A stretch of 64,000 nucleotides of DNA from an uncultured Candidatus Saccharibacteria bacterium (GTDB lineage: Bacteria > Patescibacteriota > Minisyncoccia > Phycocordibacterales > JACOZG01), in the NCBI GenBank assembly GCA_964361825.1, contig CAYICB010000003.1:2643-66642 (forward strand), written 5' to 3'. Shown here piece after piece: positions 17,891 to 26,888 of the stretch; the first letter of the stretch is position 1, and every line of letters starts with the position of its first letter. The notes beneath the pieces were generated by a model. That model searched no databases. It saw nothing but the letters and a program-made list of their open reading frames with translations, and was not told the origin of the DNA. The position numbers and the translations under genes were made by a program.

Positions 17891-18676
17891 TTGTTTCCGG
17901 TATGCTATACTCTCGGCGTGAAAATAGTGGTGGCCAATTGGAAGATGAATCCGCTCGCGCCAAGCGAAGCAAAGAAGCTTTTTGCGGGGGTCAAGAAGGC
18001 CACGGCTAAACTTAAGCGAACCAAAGTGGTGGTGTGCCCGCCGGCGGTTTTTTTACCTTTCTTTGCGGAGGCGAAAGGCGGGTTATCTCTGGGGGCCCAA
18101 GATGTTTTTACTGAAAAAGTTGGGGCTTATACCGGCGCGCTCTCGGCCGAGATGCTTGGTTATGTTGGGGCGAAGTACGCCCTTATCGGTCATTCAGAAG
18201 TGAGAGCAAGGGGCGATAATAATGAGGTGGTGAACAAGAAGGTCAAAGCGGCTTTGCGTGCCGGCCTTAAAGTAATTCTGTGCGTGGGCGAACTAGTGCG
18301 CGATGAGTCTGGGGAATATTTAGATTTTTTGAGATTAGAACTGGAGTCGGCGCTTACTGGTTTGCCACGACGATTGTTTAGTCAGATTATTGTGGCCTAT
18401 GAGCCTGTGTGGGCGATTGGTAAGAGTGCCGCCGAGTCAGCGACGCCGGCCGATTTTCTCGAGAAGAAACTTTTTTTGCGTAAGCTCTTGGTGGGACTTG
18501 CGGGCAAACCAGAGGCCGCGGCGGTGCCAATTCTCTATGGTGGTTCGGTGGAAGAGAAAAACGCCCTTGATTTTTTGCAAGCGGGAGAAGCGGACGGTCT
18601 CTTGGTGGGCCATACCTCTTTGCGGGCCGATAAATTTAGCGAGTTATTAACTATTGTTGACCATGGACGGAATTAA
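17891..18676 (+). CDS. tpiA: triosephosphate isomerase
   Basis: NWKMN, IGHSE, CVGE motifs. Confidence 0.9.
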   Translation: MFPVCYTLGVKIVVANWKMNPLAPSEAKKLFAGVKKATAKLKRTKVVVCPPAVFLPFFAEAKGGLSLGAQDVFTEKVGAYTGALSAEMLGYVGAKYALIGHSEVRARGDNNEVVNKKVKAALRAGLKVILCVGELVRDESGEYLDFLRLELESALTGLPRRLFSQIIVAYEPVWAIGKSAAESATPADFLEKKLFLRKLLVGLAGKPEAAAVPILYGGSVEEKNALDFLQAGEADGLLVGHTSLRADKFSELLTIVDHGRN

Positions 18677-19784
18677 ATTAGCCAGTGATTTAACGGCGGC
18701 TGATTTGCGAGGGAAAAAGGTTTTGGTTAGAGTGGATCTTAATTTGCCTTTGCAAGACGGAGAAGTGAGTGATGACTTTCGTTTCCAGAAAACTTTACCC
18801 CTGCTTCAGTTTTTGCTCAAGCAGGAGGCAAAGATCATTTTGCTTAGCCACCTTGGTGGCGCGGCGGGCTCGCTTTTGCCCGTTTCGCGCTGGTTGCAAA
18901 AGTTTTTACCCCATGTTTTTGTGGAAAGTTTTGATGCGGTGGCGGTGGAGCGGGGGCTCGCCGAAAAGCCGGTGGTTTTGCTAGAGAATTTGCGGCGTGA
19001 TCGCGGAGAAGAAAATAATCTATCCGAATTTGCTGAACGCTTGGCTAAATTTGGCGATTTGTATATTAATGAAGCGTTTTCTGTTTCCCACCGCGCACAT
19101 GCCTCGGTGGCGGCTTTACCCAAACTCTTACCTCATTATGTGGGACCACGGTTTAAACAAGAGTATGAGCAATTATCAAAGGCTTTTACGCCCGAGCACC
19201 CCTTCATTTTTATTTTAGGCGGCGCCAAGTTTACCACCAAGGTGCCGGTGCTTAAGAAGTTTATGTATTTAGCCGATCAAATTTTTATCCACGGGGCTTT
19301 GGCCAACGCTTTTTTTAAGGAGTTGGGTTATCAAACGGGGACATCGCTAGTAGATGAGCAAAGTGACCTAGCTCGACAATTTTTAAAGTTTGAGAAAATT
19401 ATTTTGCCCGTTGATGTGCGCGTGCGCCGAGGGACCGAAGTGAGTATCAAGAAACCAGATGAGCTTAATAAAGAGGATGAGATTATTGATGTGGGCGTGG
19501 ATTCGCTTGAGCAATTGGGCGAGGCGGTGGCCACGGCCAAGTTTGTGTTATGGAATGGTCCGGTGGGCCGCTTTGAGTTTGGTTTTAAGGGCGGCACCGA
19601 TGCAGTGGCCAAGATGGTGGCCGAAGCCGAAGCCTATTCTATTATCGGTGGCGGTGATACTTTAGCGGCGATTCGTGATCTCAACTTATTAGACAAATTT
19701 GATTTTATCTCTACGGCCGGTGGCGCGATGCTCGACTTTCTCGCCGAAGGCACCCTCCCCGGAATTGAAGCGTTGAAGGCTTAA
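18654..19784 (+). CDS. pgk: phosphoglycerate kinase
   Basis: PGK N- and C-domain motifs (RVDLNLP, GGGD, AGG). Confidence 0.9.
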   Translation: MLTMDGIKLASDLTAADLRGKKVLVRVDLNLPLQDGEVSDDFRFQKTLPLLQFLLKQEAKIILLSHLGGAAGSLLPVSRWLQKFLPHVFVESFDAVAVERGLAEKPVVLLENLRRDRGEENNLSEFAERLAKFGDLYINEAFSVSHRAHASVAALPKLLPHYVGPRFKQEYEQLSKAFTPEHPFIFILGGAKFTTKVPVLKKFMYLADQIFIHGALANAFFKELGYQTGTSLVDEQSDLARQFLKFEKIILPVDVRVRRGTEVSIKKPDELNKEDEIIDVGVDSLEQLGEAVATAKFVLWNGPVGRFEFGFKGGTDAVAKMVAEAEAYSIIGGGDTLAAIRDLNLLDKFDFISTAGGAMLDFLAEGTLPGIEALKA

Positions 19785-20764
19785 TACTCGCCGGTTTGTT
19801 TGGGTCTAATTTCTCCACCTTGATTAATATCGAAGACCTTGGTGCTTTGATAAGCGGGGTCATCATCGTCCGAGCCGGTGAGATCGCTCTCGTCGACATC
19901 AAAAGAGTCATCAACCGTTTGGTCGAAGTGATCACCATCAGAATCTTGGCCGCTAATGACATAAGTGACCAAATAAGTTCCGGGTTCGGTAATATTAGAA
20001 AAGATGCCAGTGTAAACGCCCGGTGAGACCTCGATAAGATTAACAGTAAACACTTGACCACTAGGTGAGGTGATAATAGCGATTACCGAGGCACCGGTAA
20101 TGGGGATCGTGACATTAAGACCAATGGTTTCTTGAATCGTGATGGTGAGGGTAGCATTGCCACCACTGATTGTTTCTTCACTGCCACCGTTGTCGTCCTC
20201 TTCTGAGTCATTGGAACCTGGCGTGCTCTCAATGTCTTCATCGGTCGACACATTAACGGCAAAGTTACTAGAAGTGTCATTGCTATTATTGGTCACCACA
20301 ATCTCAAAATTTCCGCTACTGGTGCCATTGGGGTTAATTTGGAAAAAGGTGGCCACGCGACCGGTGTCGGGATCAGCGATTACGGTTTTGGTAATAGTAA
20401 AATCATTGGGATTAGTGCCCGGAGCGGGGATAATGGTGGGAGTGAGCGCGGCCGAGTCGCTAACGACCTTAATGGTGGTGTTGCCATCTATCCCAAGCGC
20501 TTCTTCATAATGAGCGTTTGGTTGCAGGGCTTGCAGGAGGGCGCCCGAGAGACCGGCTTCCCAGATGAGGCGGCTTTTTTTGGGAGCGGTTTTTTGGAGG
20601 GTTTCTGTTTGGTTTGATTCTGGGGTGGGGAGCGCTTCGCCACCGGTAAGCCACCAGAGGGTTAAACTGGTGGCAATGAGTACCACTAAGCCCAAAACTA
20701 AGGGAACATTAGCTAAACCGTGATTTTTCATCATGCTATAATCATAGCCCATTGTGACCGACAT
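19781..20764 (-). CDS. secreted acidic Ser/Thr/Asp-rich surface protein
   Basis: signal peptide/TM (LVLGLVVLIATS), low-complexity acidic regions. Confidence 0.5.
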   Translation of the reverse strand: MSVTMGYDYSMMKNHGLANVPLVLGLVVLIATSLTLWWLTGGEALPTPESNQTETLQKTAPKKSRLIWEAGLSGALLQALQPNAHYEEALGIDGNTTIKVVSDSAALTPTIIPAPGTNPNDFTITKTVIADPDTGRVATFFQINPNGTSSGNFEIVVTNNSNDTSSNFAVNVSTDEDIESTPGSNDSEEDDNGGSEETISGGNATLTITIQETIGLNVTIPITGASVIAIITSPSGQVFTVNLIEVSPGVYTGIFSNITEPGTYLVTYVISGQDSDGDHFDQTVDDSFDVDESDLTGSDDDDPAYQSTKVFDINQGGEIRPKQTGEY

Positions 20765-22436
20765 CGTAAATCAACTCTTGGCGCGGCGGGGGATAACTAC
20801 GGAAGCGGCGCGCGAGCGCTTTTTGCGACCAAGTTATGAGCGCGATCTCCACGACCCTTTTCTGTTCTCGCAGATGAACCAAGCGGTGACAAGAATTTTG
20901 CACGCGCTAGAGAAAAACGAGAAAATCACGATTTTTGCCGATTACGATGCCGATGGGGTGCCGGCGGCCGTGATTTTGAGTGAATTTTTTAAAAAAGTGG
21001 GTCATGCCAATTTCGACGTTTACATCCCCGACCGGCATGAAGAAGAATTTGGGCTCAAAGAATTTGCGGTGCAAAAAATTGCGGCGACTGATACCAAGCT
21101 CGTGATTACGGTCGATTGCGGCATCACCGATCTGCCCGGCGCGGCCTTACTCGCTTCGCATGCCATTGATCTTATTATTACCGACCACCATTTGCCACCA
21201 GAACAATTGCCGAAAGCAGTAGCGATTATTGATCCCAAGTTGCTCGGCGATGAGTATCCGGAGAAAATGTTGTGTGGCGCTGGGGTGGCTTTCAAACTCG
21301 TGCAGGCTTTGATCAAAATTTTGAGCCAGAGGACCGTCCTTAAGAACCCAAACCCAAGGACGGTCCTCGGGGACATCGCGCCCGGTTGGGAAAAGTGGTT
21401 GCTCGACCTAGTGGCGATTGCGACCGTTAGTGATATGGTGCCGCTCACGGGCGAGAATCGGGCTTTGGTTTACTTCGGGCTTAAGGTCTTGCGTCAGACG
21501 CCGCGACTCGGCTTGCGCGCCCTCGCTCGGGTTTTAAAACTTGATCCACAATATCTCACCGAGGATGATATTGCTTTTTCCATCGGGCCGCGGATTAATT
21601 CGGCGAGCCGAATGACGCATGGTCGCGAGGCATATGAGCTGCTTGCTACAACCGATCTTGCCCGAGCCGAGGCTTTGGCTAAGCATTTAGACTTGAAAAA
21701 TCGCGAACGGCGAGACGAGGTACAGAAAATTATTGATAGTGTGGGGGTGATGACCGAGAGGGCCTTGCCGCCGGTGCTGATCTTTGGCCATGAAGATTGG
21801 TCGCTTGGGGTTTTGGGTTTGGCGGCTTCGAAATTGGTAGAACAATTTTCTCGAACAGTTTTCATCTGGGGGAAAAATGGTAGCGGTTTGATAAAAGGTT
21901 CTTGTCGCGCCGCGCCCGGAGTGAATGTGGTGGCGCTGATGGGTGCCGCTGGGCCAAATATTTTTTCCAACTTCGGTGGCCATGCAGCTTCGGGCGGATT
22001 CTCGCTGGTGCCAGAAAAATTGCCTAAACTCGAAGCTGGTTTGTTGGCGGCTTATGAACTGGCACCGCGAGGCGAGGGGGCGGTGGCGAAGGAGCCCGAT
22101 CTTGACTTACTGCTCGATGAGATCACTGAAGATTTTTGCGCCAACTTGCATCAATTGGCGCCGTTTGGTTTAGGGAATCCGAAGCCGCTACTCTCTTTCC
22201 GCCACGCGCCATTGATGCAGAAGAAAACTTTTGGTTCAACTCATCTCGAATTACAATTTTCTCGCGAGTTCAGCCGACCAATTAAAGCGATTAAATTCTT
22301 CGCCGCAGAATTGGCCAAGAACGATGACTTGGTGCCGGGGGCGATAATTAATTTGCTCGCCAATTTAGAAAAGTCATATTTCCGCGGTCGACCCGAGCTC
22401 CGCTTGCGGATTGTCGATCTCACGCCGGTGCGTTAG
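20754..22436 (+). CDS. recJ: single-stranded-DNA-specific exonuclease RecJ
   Basis: DHH motifs (ADYDADGV, DHH), DHHA1 region. Confidence 0.9.
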   Translation: MTDIVNQLLARRGITTEAARERFLRPSYERDLHDPFLFSQMNQAVTRILHALEKNEKITIFADYDADGVPAAVILSEFFKKVGHANFDVYIPDRHEEEFGLKEFAVQKIAATDTKLVITVDCGITDLPGAALLASHAIDLIITDHHLPPEQLPKAVAIIDPKLLGDEYPEKMLCGAGVAFKLVQALIKILSQRTVLKNPNPRTVLGDIAPGWEKWLLDLVAIATVSDMVPLTGENRALVYFGLKVLRQTPRLGLRALARVLKLDPQYLTEDDIAFSIGPRINSASRMTHGREAYELLATTDLARAEALAKHLDLKNRERRDEVQKIIDSVGVMTERALPPVLIFGHEDWSLGVLGLAASKLVEQFSRTVFIWGKNGSGLIKGSCRAAPGVNVVALMGAAGPNIFSNFGGHAASGGFSLVPEKLPKLEAGLLAAYELAPRGEGAVAKEPDLDLLLDEITEDFCANLHQLAPFGLGNPKPLLSFRHAPLMQKKTFGSTHLELQFSREFSRPIKAIKFFAAELAKNDDLVPGAIINLLANLEKSYFRGRPELRLRIVDLTPVR

Positions 22437-22446
22437 GATTTAGTCT

Positions 22447-23406
22447 ATGATAAGAGATTTTGATCGGTGGAATAAACGGAAAAAAGAAATTCAAACAGCC
22501 CTTCCAAAAGGAAACTTTTTCTATAAAGAAGGTGAAATTTGGTGGTGTGGACTTGGTGTGAATCTTGGAGTGGAAACGGACGGGAAGCATGATAACTTCG
22601 AGCGACCGGTTTTAATTATTAAAGTTTTTAATCGAGAGATGGTTTGGGTTTTGCCAGTGACTAGTGTTTTTCACCAAGCGCCATTTTATTACAAGTTTGA
22701 TCATGGTGGAGAGGATCAGTGGGTGGTCTTATCTCAAATTAGAACAGTAAGTACAAAAAGATTGTTTAGGAAAATCAGGGTATTAGACGAAACTGATTTT
22801 GAAAAAATTAAAGTTTTAGTAATTGATTACCTTAAAAAACGAAACCCCGCCGTGAGGCGGGGAATCTCGGAGCCCGAAGGCAATAATGGTTCTAGTCTAA
22901 TCGATGAGAAAGAGCTTGTCAAGCCGGTTATCCCCAATCAGCCTAAAATTATTCTCTATACCGATGGTGGTTCGCGGGGGAATCCGGGTATCGCTGGGGC
23001 CGGAGCCGTGATTACTGATGAGGCGGGGAAAGTGATCAAAGAAGCGTCGAAGCCGCTTGGGATTACGACCAATAATGAGGCTGAGTATCAAGGGGTAATC
23101 TTGGGTCTCGAGACAACTAAGAAACATTTTGGCCCGTCTATGGGCCGGGCAAGTAAAGAGAAAATTCGCGATTTAGACATTACGCTCAAGCTCGATAGTG
23201 AACTGGTGGCCAAGCAATTGCGGGGCGAATATCAGATTAAAGAAGATAATCTTGGTAAACTCTTCCTCAAAATTTGGAATGCCCGCGTCGCCGACTTCCC
23301 TAAGCTCACCATTACCCATATCCCGCGCGAACAAAACTCCGCCGCCGATTGCCTCGCCAACGAAGCGATGGATGCCCAAGAAAAAGCCCCAAAACCCTTA
23401 TTTTAA
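22447..23406 (+). CDS. fusion protein: N-terminal MazF/PemK-fold domain + C-terminal RNase HI domain
   Basis: N-terminus GEIWWCGLGVNLGVETDG..RPVLII...LSQIRTVSTKRL matches MazF/PemK; C-terminus ILYTDGGSRGNPG..TNNEAEY..D is RNase H. Confidence 0.75.
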   Translation: MIRDFDRWNKRKKEIQTALPKGNFFYKEGEIWWCGLGVNLGVETDGKHDNFERPVLIIKVFNREMVWVLPVTSVFHQAPFYYKFDHGGEDQWVVLSQIRTVSTKRLFRKIRVLDETDFEKIKVLVIDYLKKRNPAVRRGISEPEGNNGSSLIDEKELVKPVIPNQPKIILYTDGGSRGNPGIAGAGAVITDEAGKVIKEASKPLGITTNNEAEYQGVILGLETTKKHFGPSMGRASKEKIRDLDITLKLDSELVAKQLRGEYQIKEDNLGKLFLKIWNARVADFPKLTITHIPREQNSAADCLANEAMDAQEKAPKPLF

Positions 23407-23678
23407 GCCATATTTTAGCCTACTTGACAAATGGCTGCCAACTATGCTAAGCTATTGGGTAGGAAGTGAAGACAGGACCTTGAAAACTGAATAGCGAAGT
23501 ATAGGAAAACAATCGTTGAAAAACGACAATTGTTATTCCTCTTCGTCTCACGGAGGGATACGGGATAAATAACCGTTAAGCCTCGGTGCGACAAGAGGGA
23601 TCGCAAACTTTCGCAATGGGCGAGAGGGTGATCCAAAAGTGAGTTTTTTCCTGAGAAGATCGGGAGAAGGAGATAGTT

Positions 23679-24188
23679 ATGTTTAGCGTTAGTGATCCTT
23701 GCGTCATCGGATTTTATCGGGGAATGGCCATCACCAGCCAGAGCGATCTGGCTGACCAGCCGGAGGGATCGTACGTAAGTACGGTCTACCCGGCTTGGGT
23801 GGCGGCGAGCATGTTGGAAAACATGCTCGGGGCCACTCAGGCGGACCTTCGCCTTGCGGCGAAGGTCAAGGCCGTGGCCCGGCCCCTCACGGAGGAGGAG
23901 CTCGAAGAAATCGGCAACAAGGTTGTTGCCCGACTGAACAACCTTCCCCACATGGAGGTGGGGGAGGTCGAAGACGTGGAGGAGGTCGTCAACATCTTTT
24001 TTGAGGTCGTTGACTTCCTCTCCGTTGCCGGAGAGAGGGAGGCGGTGACGGAGGTCGTACGATTGGCGATGGAGAACGCTCAAAAGGGGTTGTTCTCCCC
24101 AGCCGCCGTTCAGGCGGCGGCAATCGCCGAAAGGGCGACCGATCGGAGGATCTTGGGGATTGTGAAGGAGGTAATCAACAACAATTAG
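23679..24188 (+). CDS. hypothetical acidic protein (GC-rich islet gene A)
   Basis: strong SD GGAGAAGGAG 7 nt upstream; GC-rich codon usage; opposite-strand ORF judged to be a GC artefact. Confidence 0.5.
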   Translation: MFSVSDPCVIGFYRGMAITSQSDLADQPEGSYVSTVYPAWVAASMLENMLGATQADLRLAAKVKAVARPLTEEELEEIGNKVVARLNNLPHMEVGEVEDVEEVVNIFFEVVDFLSVAGEREAVTEVVRLAMENAQKGLFSPAAVQAAAIAERATDRRILGIVKEVINNN

Positions 24189-24203
24189 AAAAAACGAGTT
24201 TCT

Positions 24204-24236
24204 GGAGATTTATCGTTATCAAATCTCCACTTTGTT
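24204..24236 (+). terminator. hairpin GGAGATTT/AAATCTCC + T-rich tail
   Basis: perfect 8-bp stem, 9-nt loop, then ACTTTGTT. Confidence 0.45.
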
Positions 24237-24294
24237 CAGCTAATGACTTGGGTCGTTGGCTGATCGGGTTAACCCAAAGAAAGGTAGTGCGAAC

Positions 24295-24489
24295 ATGATG
24301 TCTGAATCGGATATGAATCGGATCATGAAGAGGGTCGAGGACGACATGAATTTTTTGGCTGGATTACCGGCCAGAAAGGAGGAAGAGGAACGGCTCGGGC
24401 GTCCCTGGGGGGAATGGACCATTCAGGAAATGATGGCATGGATGGACAGGGCTCTCCCCCTCTTTGCGGAAGCGCCACCGCAAAACTAA
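24295..24489 (+). CDS. small hypothetical protein (islet gene B, ~64 aa)
   Basis: ATG with AAAGAAAGG SD-like upstream; the ORF-track TTG start lies further 5'. Confidence 0.4.
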   Translation: MMSESDMNRIMKRVEDDMNFLAGLPARKEEEERLGRPWGEWTIQEMMAWMDRALPLFAEAPPQN

Positions 24490-24614
24490 ATGGCGCAAAA
24501 GGGAACGCGATTCGCTACGGCAATCACGTTTCCCTTCTGATTGAACCCGTAAACATGTGCTTGTGGGTTCAATGGAAGATTTTTTCCCGAGAAGATCGGG
24601 AGAAGGAGATAGTC

Positions 24615-24812
24615 ATGTTTATCGTCACAGTTCATGCGCAAGAAGGAAACGGGGACCATGTGCTTGGAACAAGCGGCGAATTCGCCACTTGTTCCTCGGA
24701 GGTGGCCGTGGCGGGGTTTGCCACGGCCGAGGCTGCCGTTGCCGCTGGAATGGCGGCGGTGAATCGCTTTGGGGCAACCCCCAAAGCGGTCGAGGTCCGC
24801 ACCTCGTTCTAA
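24615..24812 (+). CDS. small hypothetical protein (islet gene C, 65 aa)
   Basis: preceded by a ~40-nt leader near-identical to that of gene A, including GGAGAAGGAG. Confidence 0.5.
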   Translation: MFIVTVHAQEGNGDHVLGTSGEFATCSSEVAVAGFATAEAAVAAGMAAVNRFGATPKAVEVRTSF

Positions 24813-24824
24813 AGCGGTGGGCAC

Positions 24825-24858
24825 AGGAGAAGGCCCAAACAAACTTCTCCTACTTATT
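24825..24858 (+). terminator. hairpin AGGAGAAG/CTTCTCCT
   Basis: 8-bp stem, 11-nt loop after gene C. Confidence 0.4.
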
Positions 24859-24939
24859 GAGTTCATCACAATGGGTGGTGGATTCATGGGTAGAACATTA
24901 AAAATTTAATGGGGCTTCGGCCCCAGAAAGGAAGTGTTT

Positions 24940-25965
24940 ATGACACTTCAGTTTGCAATTCTCGACCCCCGCAACATTCCGACCGCCGCGGAGGCCAACG
25001 ACAAGGTGTTCGCAAATCCGGTTTACGGAATCGAAGTAACGGTGCCCGCGCTCGCAAAGCGCTGCATCGCGAATCTCGACCCGCAACACACCGGTGGCGA
25101 TGCCAATCGCGCGGCCATCGAAGACGCGCTGACGGCCGAGCTCCCGACCGAGGGTTCCACTCTCGCGACGGTTCGCGCCGATCTGGACGCCGTCGGCGCG
25201 ATGGTTGTTTTCGGCCTTAGATTGAGAGGCCGAATGATAGAACCCTCTGCATGGAGGGTTTGTTCAATTTGTGGGGCGGGGCTACAATCTTGCTTTTTTG
25301 TTTGCGGCCACTGCGGTTGGGTGGTTGGGAGCCACTCTAACGAAGCAGTGGCGACCAGATTTCAACAGGTGGCCGCTGCCGACAAGTTCGCGCGTGGTGG
25401 CTGGTTGGGCCCCAAACCGTTACCAACCAAGGAAAACCCTTGGCCGAGCGAGGGGGCAGCGGATTCGACTCAATCGCTCGCGGCAATCGCCGCGGCGGTT
25501 ACGGACTTCAAGGTCCCGATGGCCGATCGCGTCGCCACGATGGAGAAGTGGCTACTGACGGGTGAAGAGCCCAAGCAGTACCGCGACTCCGTCGAGAAGG
25601 AACGGCTCGACATGATCGCTGCCCTCGAAAGCGGAGCGATCAGGTGCGAGACGCGCTCCGGCGGCAAGATCGCGGTCGTCGAGAGCACGCACCGAGCGGC
25701 CACCAGCGTGGGGTACTCACTCGCGCCAGTCGTGGTTGCTCGCAATCCGGCCTTCAAGCTGGGCGGTGGTGAGGCTCACGCGAAGTACACGGTTTGTGCC
25801 TTCGAGGCAGGCAAGTTTGCGGACATCAAGTCCGCGCTTGCCGAGCTCGCGACGATCGAAGCTGGTTGGGGCGGTTCGCCCGTCATCGGTGGTAGCCCCC
25901 AGGGTGTGAGTTCCGCCTTGACGATCGATCAGGTCGTCGAGGTGGTTGAGAAGCATCTTAAGTAA
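24940..25965 (+). CDS. hypothetical 342-aa protein with central Cys cluster (CSICG..CGHCG)
   Basis: SD AGAAAGGAAG; GC-rich; no family recognised. Confidence 0.55.
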   Translation: MTLQFAILDPRNIPTAAEANDKVFANPVYGIEVTVPALAKRCIANLDPQHTGGDANRAAIEDALTAELPTEGSTLATVRADLDAVGAMVVFGLRLRGRMIEPSAWRVCSICGAGLQSCFFVCGHCGWVVGSHSNEAVATRFQQVAAADKFARGGWLGPKPLPTKENPWPSEGAADSTQSLAAIAAAVTDFKVPMADRVATMEKWLLTGEEPKQYRDSVEKERLDMIAALESGAIRCETRSGGKIAVVESTHRAATSVGYSLAPVVVARNPAFKLGGGEAHAKYTVCAFEAGKFADIKSALAELATIEAGWGGSPVIGGSPQGVSSALTIDQVVEVVEKHLK

Positions 25966-26002
25966 ATGAGATGCTGGCCACCGGAAACGGCCGAGGAAGA
26001 GT

Positions 26003-26036
26003 TTCCGAAAATTGGACAAACAAGCTCTGCTGAAAG
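26003..26036 (+). terminator. rho-independent terminator
   Basis: AGCTCTGC-TGAAAG-GCGGAGCT followed by TTTTTCTTTTTT. Confidence 0.65.
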
Positions 26037-26149
26037 GCGGAGCTTTTTCTTTTTTGCTGGACAAGATTTGGTAAGTGTGCGAGAGTGGGGGCGGAATAGT
26101 ATTGTCTTCGCGAGGCGGAGACTCGCTGGGTTATTGAAAGGAGTGAGCC

Positions 26150-26380
26150 ATGTTAGTGTTATCTAGGAAGCGGGATGAGAGCATTATGATCGGCGACGAT
26201 ATTGAGATTACCGTCGTTGACATCCGTGGCGACAAGGTGCGACTCGGGATCGCGGCACCGCGTCCGGTGCAGGTTCATCGCAAAGAGGTGTATGAAGATA
26301 TCCAACAAGGGCAAATGAAACTGCCCTATATGGATGATCGGCCAGCCAGCAAGAATGGAACAGCCGATTATCAGGTGTGA
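26150..26380 (+). CDS. csrA: carbon storage regulator CsrA
   Basis: [45 protein letters not shown] aligns across the whole CsrA fold. Confidence 0.9.
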   Translation: MLVLSRKRDESIMIGDDIEITVVDIRGDKVRLGIAAPRPVQVHRKEVYEDIQQGQMKLPYMDDRPASKNGTADYQV

Positions 26381-26411
26381 TATTTGATCGTCGGCAGGAG
26401 GTCGGGGGAGG

Positions 26412-26451
26412 GGGAGCTATTCACCAAGCGGGTAATAGCTTCCCTTTTTTT
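26412..26451 (+). terminator. terminator hairpin GGGAGCTATT/AATAGCTTCCC + T7, overlapping speH stop
   Basis: ~10-bp stem then TTTTTTT. Confidence 0.5.
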
Positions 26452-26830
26452 ATTTGCGGAAGAAGTGAAGGGTTTTGGCCGATTTAGCCTCGAGGAAGTT
26501 TTGGCAAAACTTTTCGGCCGTTTCTGGTTCAAAGAATTTGCAGGAGAACACATCAATGAAAGCGCGACTTTTGCCCTCGTCGAAGTGCATGGTGACGGAA
26601 GATGTTTCAATAAACTGAAAGGCAGAATAACCCTCCAGTGGCCCCTCGGCAAAGCGTTGGATCATGGGCTCACCATAACGCTTCATTTTTATTTCTTCAC
26701 ACAAGCCCTCAATAAGGACCCGAATTTTTTCCGGATCTTTGATAAACTGGGGATGGCAGTCATAGAGGTCAATTGAGGCCACCATCCCCCAACACTGGTT
26801 CTCTTCGTACTCGGTTTGAAGTTTGTTCAC
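26450..26830 (-). CDS. speH: S-adenosylmethionine decarboxylase proenzyme (class 1b, SpeH-type)
   Basis: self-processing site region FIETSSVTMHF, IDVFSCK motif. Confidence 0.85.
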   Translation of the reverse strand: MNKLQTEYEENQCWGMVASIDLYDCHPQFIKDPEKIRVLIEGLCEEIKMKRYGEPMIQRFAEGPLEGYSAFQFIETSSVTMHFDEGKSRAFIDVFSCKFFEPETAEKFCQNFLEAKSAKTLHFFRK

Positions 26831-26888
26831 TCGCGTAAAATTAATTAGTTTCTAATAAAACGTTTTCATTATAAGTAAACTGTCAAGG

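Noticed and set aside
23420-23450. TTGACA...TAAGCT promoter for islet gene A
   Set aside because: Spacing to any acceptable -10 hexamer is 13 or 19 nt; too ambiguous to list as a feature, although a promoter must lie in this 270-nt spacer.
23442-24887. Long minus-strand ORFs in the GC-rich islet (23442..24083 and 24486..24887), both containing the peptide YLLLPIFSGKN
   Set aside because: High-GC DNA produces long open frames on both strands. The shared peptide is simply the reverse-strand translation of the duplicated leader repeat. The plus-strand genes have proper SDs and terminators.
26384-26776. 130-aa plus-strand ORF overlapping speH
   Set aside because: speH on the minus strand has the diagnostic AdoMetDC processing motif; the plus-strand frame has no features.
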